64,000 nt of DNA from Actinomycetales bacterium (GCA_045807245.1 JBJMHS010000016.1:41952-105951), one strand, 5' to 3'; positions 45,723 through 54,961 are shown, numbered from the stretch's first letter. Notes: generated by a model from the sequence alone, not told the origin. Translations and numbers: made by a program.

Positions 45723-46604
45723 TCATGCCCTCGTCGCCGTCAGCACCAGGTACTCCCAGCCGAGCCTGGTCGCACCGGTGCCCGTGTCGAAGCGCCGGGC
45801 CAGCTCGACCAGGTCCGAGTCGAGCGCGGCCACCTGGCCCGGGTCGTCCTTGATCGCGCCGTAGACCGCGATCGTCGGCCCGTACGCCGTCTTGAAGAAG
45901 TCGCGGAACTCCTCCGGCGTCGCGAACCGGTCGACCGTCAGGGTCTCGGTACTGGTCACGACATCGGTGACCCGGTCTCCGAAGAGGGTCCTCACGTGGT
46001 CCTCCGACCCCCACAGAGGAGCCGGCGAGGCGCCGGGCGGGGGCGGCGGCGCGTACGGCTTCATCGTGACGAACAGCTGCCCGATGAACCCTTCCGGCGT
46101 CCAGCTCAGGACGCCGAGGGTGCCGCCGGGCCGGCAGACCCGCAGCATCTCGTCCGCGGCGGTCTGATGATGCGGCGCGAACATCACGCCGATGGACGAG
46201 AGCACCGTGTCGAACTCGGCCGTGGCGAACGGCAGCGCCTCGGCGTCGCCCTGGCGCCACGCGAGGTCGACGCCGGCGTTCTGGGCGATGCGCCGGCCCT
46301 CCGCCAGCAGCTCCGGCGTCAGGTCCGACGCCGTGACGCGCGCGCCGGCCTTGGCGGCCGCGATCGCGGCGTTGCCCGTGCCGGCGCCGACGTCGAGCAC
46401 GTGCTGCTGCGGCCGGACCGAGCACGCCTCCACGAGGATCGGTCCGAGCGGAGCGACCACCTCACGGGCGACGGCCGGGTAGTCCCCCGACGCCCAGATC
46501 GCGCGGTGCTTGGCCTTCAGCGCGCGGTCCGCATCGGATGCCGGGTCAACGGTGACCCTGGTGGTTGCGGCAGCTCCCGCCGTACCGGATGTCGTCTGCG
46601 TCAT
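45723..46604 (-). CDS. Class I SAM-dependent methyltransferase (Methyltransf_11-like, small-molecule type)
   Basis: Motif I VLDVGAGTGNAAIAAA, then ...DAEALPFATAEFDTVLSSIGVMF and RVCRPGGTLGV. Confidence 0.85.
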   Translation of the reverse strand: MTQTTSGTAGAAATTRVTVDPASDADRALKAKHRAIWASGDYPAVAREVVAPLGPILVEACSVRPQQHVLDVGAGTGNAAIAAAKAGARVTASDLTPELLAEGRRIAQNAGVDLAWRQGDAEALPFATAEFDTVLSSIGVMFAPHHQTAADEMLRVCRPGGTLGVLSWTPEGFIGQLFVTMKPYAPPPPPGASPAPLWGSEDHVRTLFGDRVTDVVTSTETLTVDRFATPEEFRDFFKTAYGPTIAVYGAIKDDPGQVAALDSDLVELARRFDTGTGATRLGWEYLVLTATRA

Positions 46605-46751
46605 GTTCGTTCCTTCTCTGTCGTCGGTTGCACGAATGCCCCCTGCGGACCAGCCTCACGGCGGGCACCCGCGACGGTCATCCGTGCAGCACACGGAAGT
46701 TCAGGAACGCGGGCAGCCGCGTCGGTGTTGCGTCCGTCATCCGTCAGTAGG

Positions 46752-49145
46752 GTGCGGGAGGTGGCGCCCACGTGGCAGGAGCTGACGCCCCGCGAGGGCG
46801 CGGTCCTGGCGGCCGTCGAGCGGCGGCGGACCAATGCCGAGATCGCCGACGAGTTCCACCTGTCGATCCGGACCGTCGAGAGTCACATCGCGGCTCTGCG
46901 CCGCAAGCTGGGCGCCGACAGCCGGTCGGCGCTGATCGACGCCGCCCGCTCCCGGAGGGGCACCGGCGTGGTGCTGCCGGACAACTCCTTCGTCGGCCGT
47001 GATCGGGACCTGGACGCCGTACGGCGGCTGCTCGATCGCGAGCGCTGGGTCACCGCAGTCGGTGCCGCTGGCTGCGGAAAGACCCGGCTCGCGCTGGAAG
47101 TGGCGGCGGCAGGCCCTCGGGTGCCACTGGTGGTCGAGCTCGAACACGCCAGCGACCGCGACGTCGTCGCGGTGGTCGCGGCGGCGGTCGGCGTCGGGGC
47201 CGCGGTCGGTGCCGGGGCGGCGGTCGGTGTCGGGCCGGCGGTCGGTGTCGGGCCGGGGAGCGGTCCGGAACGGATCGCGGCCCTGGGCCTGGCCCTGGAC
47301 GCGCAGCCCTCGCTGCTGGTGCTGGACAACGCCGACCGGGTCGGGCCCACCGTCGCCGACCTGGTGGCCCGACTGCTGGCGACCGCGCGCTCGCTGCGGG
47401 TCCTGGTCACCTCGCGGTCCCCGCTGGGCAGCCCGGCCGAGGCCGTGCACCAGCTGAGCCCGTTGCCGGTGGAGCAGGCCGCGGTCGAGCTGTTCTGCGA
47501 CCGGGCGCGCACAGCCGTCGGCGGCCGACTGCCGTTCGATGCCGACGACCCGCTGGTCCGGACGGTCTGTGACCGGCTGGACGGGTTGCCGCTGGCCATC
47601 GAGCTGGCCGCGGCGCGACTGCGGCACCTGTCGCTGGCGGAGGTGGCGGTCCAGCTGGTCGACGGGTTCGACGCGCTGGAGCGGACCGGGCCGGCCGGGC
47701 GGCACCGCACCCTGGACGCGGCCCTCGACTGGTCCTGGGACCTCTTGGACGACGACGAGCGGTCGGTGCTTCTGCGGCTGGCGGCGCTGCCCGGCGGCTT
47801 CGACCTCGACCTGGCCGTGGCCGTCGCGGGCCGCGGCGCGGACACGGTGGTGCTACGCCTGCTGGACCGGTCGTTCGTCGCGACCGCCCGCACGCGGAGC
47901 CCGCAGGCGCCCTTCCGCCTGCTGGACGCCGTCCGGTACTTCGTCCTGGCCCGCACGCCGTCCGACGTGGTCGACGCGAGCCGAGCCGCCCACGCGGCGT
48001 ACGTCCTCGACCGCGCGCGGCACCTGGACCGCCGGCGGCATCCGGTCGAGCCGTCCGAGGGGGAGGCGGCGTCGCGCCGGCTGACCCCCGAGCTGGTGGC
48101 CGCCGTGGACTGGGCCGTCGATCGCGACCTGCAGCTGACGCTGGCGCTGGCCCACTGCCTGTCGATGTTCGCCGAGGAGTACTCGCCGGACCTGTCGGCG
48201 CAGGACGCGATGACCCGGCTGGCTCAGGATCCGCGCGTCCTCGAGGTGGCGGATGTCGACGCGCTCGCGGCGCTGGCCGAACTGCTGTTCTACGGAGACC
48301 TGTCCGTCGCCGAGGAGCTGGCCCGGCTGGCGCTCGAGCGAGCGCGGGATGCCCGCGAGCAGATGGTGGCCCACCGCCTGGCCGGGTATCTCGAGGCCTA
48401 TCTCTACCGGCCCGAGACCGCCGTCGAGCACCTGGGCATTGCCGAGCAGCTGGCCGTCGGGCTGAGCGACGGCCGGTTCCTGGGCATGGCCCGGATGGGT
48501 GTCGGCATCGCGTTGCGCCGGCCGATCTCCGAGGATCCGGGCCCGGCTCTCGCGGCCTTCGCGGCAGCGATGGCCGCCTTCGCGGACGTCGGTGACGCGA
48601 ACATGGTCGACAACGTGCGCTACATGATGGCCGCGACGGCTGCCGACTTCCGGCTGCCGACCGACCAGGCCCTGAAGTGGTGTGAGGAGTGCGTCGACTT
48701 CGCCCGCCGCAACGGCAACCGGCACGGGCTGGCCCACGCGCTGCTCACCCGGGCCCGGCTCCGGCCGTACGACCACGACGTCGACCTGGAGGAGACGGCG
48801 GCGACCTTCCGCGCCATCGGCGACCTGCGTTGCCTGACCCGCAGCTATCTCGAGCTCGCGGAGCACGGGCCTGCGGACCGCCAGGTGGCCTACCTGGAGC
48901 TGGCTCTCGAGGTGGCCGACCGGGCGCACGACCCCGGCCATCAGGCGCGGGCGCTCGCCGGGCTGGTCGACCGGCACTGGTCGGCGGGCGCCGAACGGGC
49001 CGCTGCGCTCGCCTTCGGGCGGCTGGTCGCCCTGGTCGGGCAGGACGAGGCGGCGGCAGCGATCCCGGCGGCGATGGCCGGGCGGCTGCACGAGCTCGGT
49101 ACGGCGATCGCCGAGGGCCAGGCGCAGGGATCCGCCGTCCGCTGA
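46752..49145 (+). CDS. STAND-type regulator: N-terminal LuxR HTH, NB-ARC-like ATPase, TPR-like helical repeats
   Basis: GTG at 46752 or 46761. HTH LTPREGAVLAAVERRRTNAEIADEFHLSIRTVESHIAALRRKLG, Walker A GAAGCGKTRLA, Walker B LLVLDNAD and GLPLAIELAA. The upstream ~370 codons of ORF 45630..49145 are the antisense shadow of the methyltransferase. Confidence 0.75.
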   Translation: MREVAPTWQELTPREGAVLAAVERRRTNAEIADEFHLSIRTVESHIAALRRKLGADSRSALIDAARSRRGTGVVLPDNSFVGRDRDLDAVRRLLDRERWVTAVGAAGCGKTRLALEVAAAGPRVPLVVELEHASDRDVVAVVAAAVGVGAAVGAGAAVGVGPAVGVGPGSGPERIAALGLALDAQPSLLVLDNADRVGPTVADLVARLLATARSLRVLVTSRSPLGSPAEAVHQLSPLPVEQAAVELFCDRARTAVGGRLPFDADDPLVRTVCDRLDGLPLAIELAAARLRHLSLAEVAVQLVDGFDALERTGPAGRHRTLDAALDWSWDLLDDDERSVLLRLAALPGGFDLDLAVAVAGRGADTVVLRLLDRSFVATARTRSPQAPFRLLDAVRYFVLARTPSDVVDASRAAHAAYVLDRARHLDRRRHPVEPSEGEAASRRLTPELVAAVDWAVDRDLQLTLALAHCLSMFAEEYSPDLSAQDAMTRLAQDPRVLEVADVDALAALAELLFYGDLSVAEELARLALERARDAREQMVAHRLAGYLEAYLYRPETAVEHLGIAEQLAVGLSDGRFLGMARMGVGIALRRPISEDPGPALAAFAAAMAAFADVGDANMVDNVRYMMAATAADFRLPTDQALKWCEECVDFARRNGNRHGLAHALLTRARLRPYDHDVDLEETAATFRAIGDLRCLTRSYLELAEHGPADRQVAYLELALEVADRAHDPGHQARALAGLVDRHWSAGAERAAALAFGRLVALVGQDEAAAAIPAAMAGRLHELGTAIAEGQAQGSAVR
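47184..47255 (+). repeat. 18-bp tandem repeat x4 coding AVGVGP-like units, between Walker A and Walker B of the STAND protein
   Basis: GCGGTCGG(C/T)G(T/C)CGGG(G/C)C(C/G) units, read directly; the last two are identical. Confidence 0.8.
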
Positions 49146-49201
49146 GCGCGAACGGCCGCGGGCGCGCGGCATCGGGCGGCGTGGTGCGTCGTTGCAGAGG
49201 C

Positions 49202-50134
49202 ATGACTGAGCCCGACCCGGCTGACCCCCTGGACGCCTACTCGCGCACCATCGTGCGGGTCGCCGAGACCGTGCTGCCGAGCGTGGCCAGCCTGCGGGTG
49301 CGGCACGCCCGGGGCCAAGGCGCCGGCAGCGCGAGCGTGCTCACCGCCGACGGCTTCCTGCTGACGAGCGCCCATGTCGTCGCGGGGGCCGACTCCGCCG
49401 ACGCGACCTTCGCCGACGGGACCGAGCTGACGGCCGACGTCGTCGGGCGCGACGTGCTGTCCGACCTGGCGGTGCTGCACGCCCGCGCGGCGACCCCGCC
49501 GCCGGTCGAGCTGGGCGATGCGGCTCAGCTGCGGGTCGGGCAGCTCGTGGTTGCTCTGGGCAACCCGCTCGGGCTGGCCGGCAGCGTCACGGCGGGCATC
49601 GTCTCCGCACTCGGCCGCTCCCTGCCGACCCAAGCCGGCCGGATCATCGACGAGGTCATCCAGACCGATGCCGCGCTCAACCCGGGCAACAGTGGTGGCG
49701 TCCTCGCCGACAGCCACGGGCGGATGATCGGTGTGAACACTGCTGTGGCCGGGATCGGCGTGGGTCTGGCCGTGCCGATCAACGACACCACCCGCCAGCT
49801 GGTCACCACCCTGATGACCCACGGGCGGGTCCGCCGCGCCTGGCTCGGCATCGCCGGCACGCAGGTGCCCCTCGCGCCACCGATCGCGGCGAAGGTCGGC
49901 TCGCGGACCGGCCTTCAGGTGGCCCAGGTCGTGGACGGCAGTCCGGCTGCCGCCGCGGGGCTCAGACGAGGCGATGTCGTCATCGAGGTCGACGGCACCA
50001 AGGTCGTCACCACGACGACCGTGCAGAAGCTCATGGTCGAGCGGGCGATCGACCGGCGGATCGAGATCACGGTCTGGCGCAACGGCGCGCTGGTCGACGT
50101 CATCGCCTACCCCCGCGAGCTCCTGGACGCCTGA
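49202..50134 (+). CDS. S1C (HtrA/DegP-like) serine protease with C-terminal PDZ; no signal peptide or TM segment
   Basis: Catalytic triad contexts TSAHVV, SDLAVL and GNSGG. PDZ region GLQVAQVVDGSPAAAAGLRRGDVVIEVDG. The N-terminus MTEPDPADPLDAYS is hydrophilic. Confidence 0.85.
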   Translation: MTEPDPADPLDAYSRTIVRVAETVLPSVASLRVRHARGQGAGSASVLTADGFLLTSAHVVAGADSADATFADGTELTADVVGRDVLSDLAVLHARAATPPPVELGDAAQLRVGQLVVALGNPLGLAGSVTAGIVSALGRSLPTQAGRIIDEVIQTDAALNPGNSGGVLADSHGRMIGVNTAVAGIGVGLAVPINDTTRQLVTTLMTHGRVRRAWLGIAGTQVPLAPPIAAKVGSRTGLQVAQVVDGSPAAAAGLRRGDVVIEVDGTKVVTTTTVQKLMVERAIDRRIEITVWRNGALVDVIAYPRELLDA

Positions 50135-50217
50135 GCGGTCCGGGCCTGGTTGTCGATTCCGGCGATCCCGTTCGACGGGTTGGTGGAAGGATCCGAACCC
50201 GACGAAGGAGGACCAGC

Positions 50218-50532
50218 ATGTCGACTTACGTCCTGGCGTACACCGGTGGTGCCCCGGCCGACACCCCCGAGGCCCAGGAGGCCTCGATGAAAGCCTGGAC
50301 CGAGTGGTTCCAGGGTCTCGGCGACTCCGTGGTCGACGCCGGCAACCCGTTCGCGGCGTCGGCCACCGTGGCGAGCGACGGCAGCACGAGCGAGGGCGGC
50401 CGCGCCGGTCTGACCGGCTACTCGATCATCTCGGCGGACGACCTGTCCGCGGCGTCGGCCCAGGTCAAGGGCTGCCCGATCCTCACCGACGGCGGTGCGG
50501 TCGAGGTGTACGAGGTCTTCCCGGTCATGTGA
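50218..50532 (+). CDS. Small YciI-like (dimeric alpha+beta barrel) protein
   Basis: Strong SD GAAGGAGGA. The pattern ...MKAWTEWFQGLGDSVVDAGNPF...LTGYSIISADDLSAASAQVKGCPIL..GGAVEVYEV is typical of this fold. The family name is tentative. Confidence 0.5.
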   Translation: MSTYVLAYTGGAPADTPEAQEASMKAWTEWFQGLGDSVVDAGNPFAASATVASDGSTSEGGRAGLTGYSIISADDLSAASAQVKGCPILTDGGAVEVYEVFPVM

Positions 50533-50566
50533 CCGCCGGAGCCGGCGGGCTGCCACACTGTGAGCC

Positions 50567-51334
50567 GTGGCTCACGACGGGCGGTCCGCCGGCTCGGGGC
50601 CGGTCGCCGAGGTCGTGGCCGAGATGCAGCAGCGGCTCGAGGCGCTGCCGCCGGAGCTCGCCCATCGCAAGGCCTTCCTCGGCACGTACCTGCGCACCAC
50701 CCTTGCCGTCGGCCAGGCCATCGACACCGGCCTTTTCGAGGACCCGGCCTGGGTCGAGCGCTGGGACGTCGTGTTCGCCGAGCTCTTCATCCAGGCCCAC
50801 GACGCGGACCGTGACGGCCGGGCCGCCGACGTACCCAGGCCCTGGCGGCTGGCCTTCGACACTCCGGCCAGCCAGCCGGCGCTGCGTCACGTGCTGACCG
50901 GCATCAACGCGCACGTGAACTACGACCTGCCGCAGGCCTTGCTGGCCGTCATCAGCGACGAAGACTTCACCCGGCCCGGTGTCCTGGACCGCCGCCGGCG
51001 TGACCACGAGAACATCGACACGGTCCTGTCCTCGCGCGTCGGCGCCGAGGACGAGGTCCTGTCCAGTGGTGGTCGCGCGCTCCTCGACCGCGTCCTCGCG
51101 CCGCTGAACCGCCTGGGCTCCAAGCGGTTCCTGCGCGAGGCCCGGCAGAAGGTCTGGCACAACGCGATCGAGCTGCAGCAGGCGCGCCTGACCGGGCCAG
51201 CGGCGTACGACGCCCGGCTCGCCGAGCTCGAAGTCTTGAGCGCAGCGCGCATCGCCGACCTGCTCGCCCCGGGTCAGGTCATCTTGAAGCTGTCCATCGC
51301 CGGCTTTGGCGTCACCTTGCCGCCGCCTCGTTAG
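50567..51334 (+). CDS. Conserved hypothetical protein (DUF5995-like)
   Basis: ORF 50567..51334 with a GTG start. FLGTYLRTTLAV...GINAHVNYDLPQAL matches the family pattern as I remember it. Confidence 0.55.
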   Translation: MAHDGRSAGSGPVAEVVAEMQQRLEALPPELAHRKAFLGTYLRTTLAVGQAIDTGLFEDPAWVERWDVVFAELFIQAHDADRDGRAADVPRPWRLAFDTPASQPALRHVLTGINAHVNYDLPQALLAVISDEDFTRPGVLDRRRRDHENIDTVLSSRVGAEDEVLSSGGRALLDRVLAPLNRLGSKRFLREARQKVWHNAIELQQARLTGPAAYDARLAELEVLSAARIADLLAPGQVILKLSIAGFGVTLPPPR

Positions 51335-52215
51335 CCCTCGGTGCCCGACGCACCCGATGCCGGTTGCTCGGCTCGCACATCCAGGTCGATCCGGTCCGGT
51401 GCCGAGGCGTTCGAGTCCGAAAGCCCTTGTGCCACAAGCCAGTTCATCGCGATGTCGGCGACCTGCCGCCAGCCGCTGTCCACGGTCAGCGAATGACCCC
51501 GGTCGATCTGCCGCAGCTCGGTCGTGGCGGTGGAGTGCCGGTACAGCTTGTACGTCGCGCGCGTCAGGACATCGGGCACCGTGTGGTCCTGCGTGCCCGA
51601 GATCAGCAGGAGAGGGCCGCGGGTGTTGTTGTGCGTGTCGACCTTGGCCGGCGAGTGCGGGTTGAAGTTCGCCATCGCCGCCTCGAACAACGGCCGGGCC
51701 GGGGAGGGGATGGTCCACTCGTCGTACAGCTGCTTGCTCTCCTCCTCCGACACCGCGTTGGCGAAGCCGTACCGGAACTGTCCCTCGGAGAGCGACACGG
51801 CCTTGCGGCGGTTGAGCGGGTTGCCGAGGATCGCACCGGCCGAGCGCAGCTGGGCCAGGGGCAGCGGCAGGACGCCGCGGATCTGGGCCGGGTCGATGGC
51901 TACGCCGGCGGCGCCCAGGCTCTCGCCCATGAGGCTCTGCACGATCAGCCCGCCGAACGAGTGCCCGATGAGGATCGGTGCGGCGTCCAGGCTACGGACG
52001 AACTCCGCGTGGCTGCGGATGATCTCGGCCAGACCCTTGCCGGCCTGGCGGTCCGGGTCGGCCCGGGTCCCCTCGATGGTGTCGGCCGCACCCGGCCACT
52101 CGGGCGTGTGGGTCTGGTGGCCGGCGACGGCGAACATCTCCGCCCACGGCGCCCAGCTCGCGGAGTGCAGCCAGAGGCCGTGGATGAAGACGACGGGGGG
52201 CTTGGTAGGGCTCAT
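51331..52215 (-). CDS. Alpha/beta hydrolase
   Basis: VVFIHGLW and nucleophile elbow GHSFGG. Confidence 0.85.
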   Translation of the reverse strand: MSPTKPPVVFIHGLWLHSASWAPWAEMFAVAGHQTHTPEWPGAADTIEGTRADPDRQAGKGLAEIIRSHAEFVRSLDAAPILIGHSFGGLIVQSLMGESLGAAGVAIDPAQIRGVLPLPLAQLRSAGAILGNPLNRRKAVSLSEGQFRYGFANAVSEEESKQLYDEWTIPSPARPLFEAAMANFNPHSPAKVDTHNNTRGPLLLISGTQDHTVPDVLTRATYKLYRHSTATTELRQIDRGHSLTVDSGWRQVADIAMNWLVAQGLSDSNASAPDRIDLDVRAEQPASGASGTEG

Positions 52216-52269
52216 GGAGGCAACGCTCCCAGGCGCCGAGATCGCTGGGAATGGGCAGGCGCCGCCGTA

Positions 52270-53085
52270 TCAGATGCTGGCCGCGGCATCCGGCACGTAC
52301 CGGTACTGCTCGCGCGGCGGCCGCTGGTAGTCCCCGACGTCCGGCCGGGCGGGGATCGCGACGCTCGTGGGCTCCAACCGCTCGTAGGGGATCGTGGACA
52401 GCAGGTGGCTGATGACGTTGATCCGCGAGCGCTTCTTGTCCTCGCTTTCGACCACGTACCACGGGCATTCAGGCAGGTCCGTGTGTTCGAACATCTCGTC
52501 CTTGGCCCGGCTGTAGTCGACCCAGCGGGTGATCGAGAGCACGTCCATGTCGGACAGCTTCCAGCGCCGCATCGGGTCGTCGTGGCGCGAGCGGAACCGC
52601 TTCTCCTGCTCGACGTCGGACACCGAGAACCAGTACTTGCGGAGCAGGATCCCGTCCTCGACGAGCAGGTGCTCGACCGCCGGAGCCTGGCGCAGGAACC
52701 GCTCGTACTGCTCGTCCGTGCAGAAGCCCATCACCCGCTCGACGCCGGCCCGGTTGTACCGGGAGCGGTCGAACAGGACGATCTCGCCCGCGGTGGGGAG
52801 CTGCTCGACGTACCGCTGGAAGTACCACTGACCCCGCTCGCGTTCGGTCGGCGCGGGCAGCGCGGAGATGTGGCACAGGCGTGGGTTGAGGTACTCGGTG
52901 ATCCGTTTGATGGCCGAGCCCTTGCCGGCTGCGTCACGGCCCTCGAAGATCACGACGACTCGGGCGCCGGTCTCCTTGACCCACTGCTGCATCGAGACCA
53001 GCTCGGCCTGCAGCCGGCGCAGCTCACGCTCGTGCCGCTTGGTGGAGAGCTTCTTCGGCTTGGCCGGGTCCGGCGCGTCAGTCAT
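52270..53085 (-). CDS. ppk2: Polyphosphate kinase 2
   Basis: VVIFEGRDAAGKGSAIKRI (Walker A), QWYFQRY, LFDRSRYNR and PWYVVESEDKK. Confidence 0.9.
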   Translation of the reverse strand: MTDAPDPAKPKKLSTKRHERELRRLQAELVSMQQWVKETGARVVVIFEGRDAAGKGSAIKRITEYLNPRLCHISALPAPTERERGQWYFQRYVEQLPTAGEIVLFDRSRYNRAGVERVMGFCTDEQYERFLRQAPAVEHLLVEDGILLRKYWFSVSDVEQEKRFRSRHDDPMRRWKLSDMDVLSITRWVDYSRAKDEMFEHTDLPECPWYVVESEDKKRSRINVISHLLSTIPYERLEPTSVAIPARPDVGDYQRPPREQYRYVPDAAASI

Positions 53086-53106
53086 GGCGCACCGTAACGC
53101 CGGCGC

Positions 53107-53895
53107 TCAGGCGAGGTCGAGGATGACCGGTGCGTGGTCGCTCGGCCCCTTGCCCTTGCGCTCCTCGCGGTCGATGAGGGCGCCGGTGACCCGCGCGGCC
53201 AGAGCCGGGGAGCAGAGCGCGAAGTCGATCCGCATGCCGCGTTTCTTGGGGAAGCTCAGCTGCGTGTAGTCCCAGTAGGTGTAGACGCCCGGGCCGGGTG
53301 CGAGCGGCCGCACCGGGTCGGCGAAGCCGGCCTCCACGACCGCCATGAACGCCGCACGCTCCGCGGCCGACACGTGGGTCCTGCCCTCGTAGAACGCCAT
53401 CGACCAGACGTCGTCGTCCTGCGGTGCGATGTTCCAGTCGCCCATCAGTGCGATCTGCGCGCTGCCGTCCGCGGCCAGCCAGCCCGCGCCGGCCGTGCGC
53501 AGCTTGTCCAGCCAGTCGAGCTTGTAGTCCAGGTGCGGGTCGCCCAGCTCGCGGCCGTTCGGGATGTACAGGCTCCACACCCGGATGCCGCCGCACGTCG
53601 CGCCGATCGCCCGGGCCTCGGCAGCCGCCGGGTCACCCCAGGTCGGCATGCCCGGGAAGCCGACCTCGACGTCCTCGATGCCGACGCGGGACAGGATCGC
53701 GACGCCGTTCCACTGGGAGTACCCCACGTGGGCGGTCCGGTAGCCGATCTGCTCGAACCGGTCGGCGGGGAACTGCTCGTCCGTGCACTTGGTCTCCTGC
53801 AGGGCGACCACGTCGAGGTCGCTGCGCTCCACCCAGGAGGCGACCCGGTCGATCCGGGCCCGGATGGAGTTGACGTTCCAGGTAGCGATCCGCAC
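53107..53895 (-). CDS. xthA: Exodeoxyribonuclease III
   Basis: MRIATWNVNSIRAR, ALQETK, GDWNIAP and SDHAPV. Confidence 0.9.
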   Translation of the reverse strand: MRIATWNVNSIRARIDRVASWVERSDLDVVALQETKCTDEQFPADRFEQIGYRTAHVGYSQWNGVAILSRVGIEDVEVGFPGMPTWGDPAAAEARAIGATCGGIRVWSLYIPNGRELGDPHLDYKLDWLDKLRTAGAGWLAADGSAQIALMGDWNIAPQDDDVWSMAFYEGRTHVSAAERAAFMAVVEAGFADPVRPLAPGPGVYTYWDYTQLSFPKKRGMRIDFALCSPALAARVTGALIDREERKGKGPSDHAPVILDLA

Positions 53896-53931
53896 CCGGC
53901 GAACCTATCTCCGAGATGCGACGATCCTTCG

Positions 53932-54807
53932 ATGAGGCAGTCGCGGGCCGAGGTGGAGGGGCTGTTCGGCCCCGAGTCGGTGACCTGGCGGGTCCATTCG
54001 GACCCGGCCATGGTGGTCGCCGGGTTCCGCGCGCTCCTGCTCCAGGCGACGCATCCCCTGGTCATGGCCGGCTTCGCGGCGAACTCGGACTACCGCGCCG
54101 ACCCCTGGGGCCGGCTGCAGCGCACCGGAGAGTGGGTCGCGACCGTGACGTTCGGGCCGCGTCGCGAGGCCGAGGCGGCCGGGGCCCGGCTGCGCGCGTT
54201 GCACGCCCGGCTGCGCGCCGGCGTGGAGCCCGAGACCGGTCTGCCGTACCGCGTCGACGACCCCGAGCTGCTGCTGTGGGTGCACTGCGCGGAGGTCGAC
54301 TCGTTCCTGACGACGTATCTGCGGTCCGGCGGCCGGCTCGCCGCCGGTCAGGCGGACCAGTACGTCGCGGAGATGCGCGAGTCGGCGCGCCTGGTCGGTC
54401 TCGACCCGGCGCAGGTGCCGGGGTCGGTGGCCGAGCTGGAGGCGTACGTCGAGGGCATGCGGCCCCGGCTGCACGTCACCGCGGAGGCGGCCGAGGGTGC
54501 GATCTGGGGCTTCGTCCCGCCGATGCCCTTGTGGGTGCGGGTGCTGACCCCGGCCCGACCGGCCTGGGCCGGACTGGTCGGCGTCGCCGCCGGTCTGCTC
54601 CCGCGGTGGGCCCGCCGGCTCTATGGCCTGCCCGGCCTGCCGACGACCGACCTCGCCGCGACGGCGGCCGCCCGAGGCGTCCGCCGGACCTTCCTCGCCG
54701 TGCCGGGTCGTCTCGGCCGCAACCCGGCCCAGGCCGAGGCGCTGGCCCGGCTTTCGGCGTACGACGCCGAGCGGCGGTCATCGGGTCGCTCAGTCGCTCT
54801 GCTCTGA
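53932..54807 (+). CDS. DUF2236 / MpaB-like oxygenase family protein
   Basis: ATG at 53932. ...SVTWRVHSDPAMVVAGFRALLLQATHPLVMAG...RLQRTGEWV.... Confidence 0.7.
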   Translation: MRQSRAEVEGLFGPESVTWRVHSDPAMVVAGFRALLLQATHPLVMAGFAANSDYRADPWGRLQRTGEWVATVTFGPRREAEAAGARLRALHARLRAGVEPETGLPYRVDDPELLLWVHCAEVDSFLTTYLRSGGRLAAGQADQYVAEMRESARLVGLDPAQVPGSVAELEAYVEGMRPRLHVTAEAAEGAIWGFVPPMPLWVRVLTPARPAWAGLVGVAAGLLPRWARRLYGLPGLPTTDLAATAAARGVRRTFLAVPGRLGRNPAQAEALARLSAYDAERRSSGRSVALL

Positions 54808-54944
54808 TCCCCCCGCGACTCACAGCAGAGCATCGTCGGCCTGAGTCGGCGCGTTCTGCTCTGATCCCCACGCGACTCACAGCAGAGCATCGTCGGCCTG
54901 AGTCGGCGCTCGGCTCTGATCCCCACGCGACTCACAGCAGAGCC
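54796..54944 (+). repeat. Tandem repeat of about 55-57 bp, 3 units, each containing an 8-bp-stem hairpin
   Basis: Unit CTCTGATCCCC(A/C)CGCGACTCACAGCAGAGC at 54802, 54859 and 54914. Stem GCTCTGCT/AGCAGAGC. Unit 1 overlaps the last codons and stop of the DUF2236 gene. Confidence 0.8.
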
Positions 54945-54961
54945 GTTCGTAGGCTGGCCGG

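Noticed and set aside
44611-46604. Restriction-modification pair: a nuclease-like unknown protein plus an adjacent methyltransferase.
   Set aside because: The methyltransferase has the small-molecule Methyltransf_11 pattern (VLDVGAGTG ... EFDTVLSSIGVMF). It has no DPPY/NPPY or PC/ENV DNA-methyltransferase motifs and no target-recognition domain.
45630-46751. N-terminal ~370 codons of the 1,171-aa ORF containing the STAND regulator.
   Set aside because: This stretch is the codon-register antisense shadow of the methyltransferase gene (45723-46604), with Arg/Gly/Pro-rich composition. The LuxR HTH begins right after GTG 46752.
43534-50134. tRNA-Ser-linked integrative element or genomic island.
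   Set aside because: There is no integrase, recombinase or transposase anywhere downstream. I could not find a direct repeat of the tRNA 3' end (…GGTTCGAATCCCACGCCCTCC) elsewhere in the window by eye. Codon style looks the same as in the flanking genes. A whole-window computational repeat search would be needed to exclude it fully.
54796-54944. CRISPR-like appearance: a repeated ~33-nt palindromic core separated by ~24-nt segments.
   Set aside because: The 'spacers' are themselves repeated (ATCGTCGGCCTGAGTCGGCGC twice), so this is a plain tandem repeat. There are only three units and no cas genes in the window.
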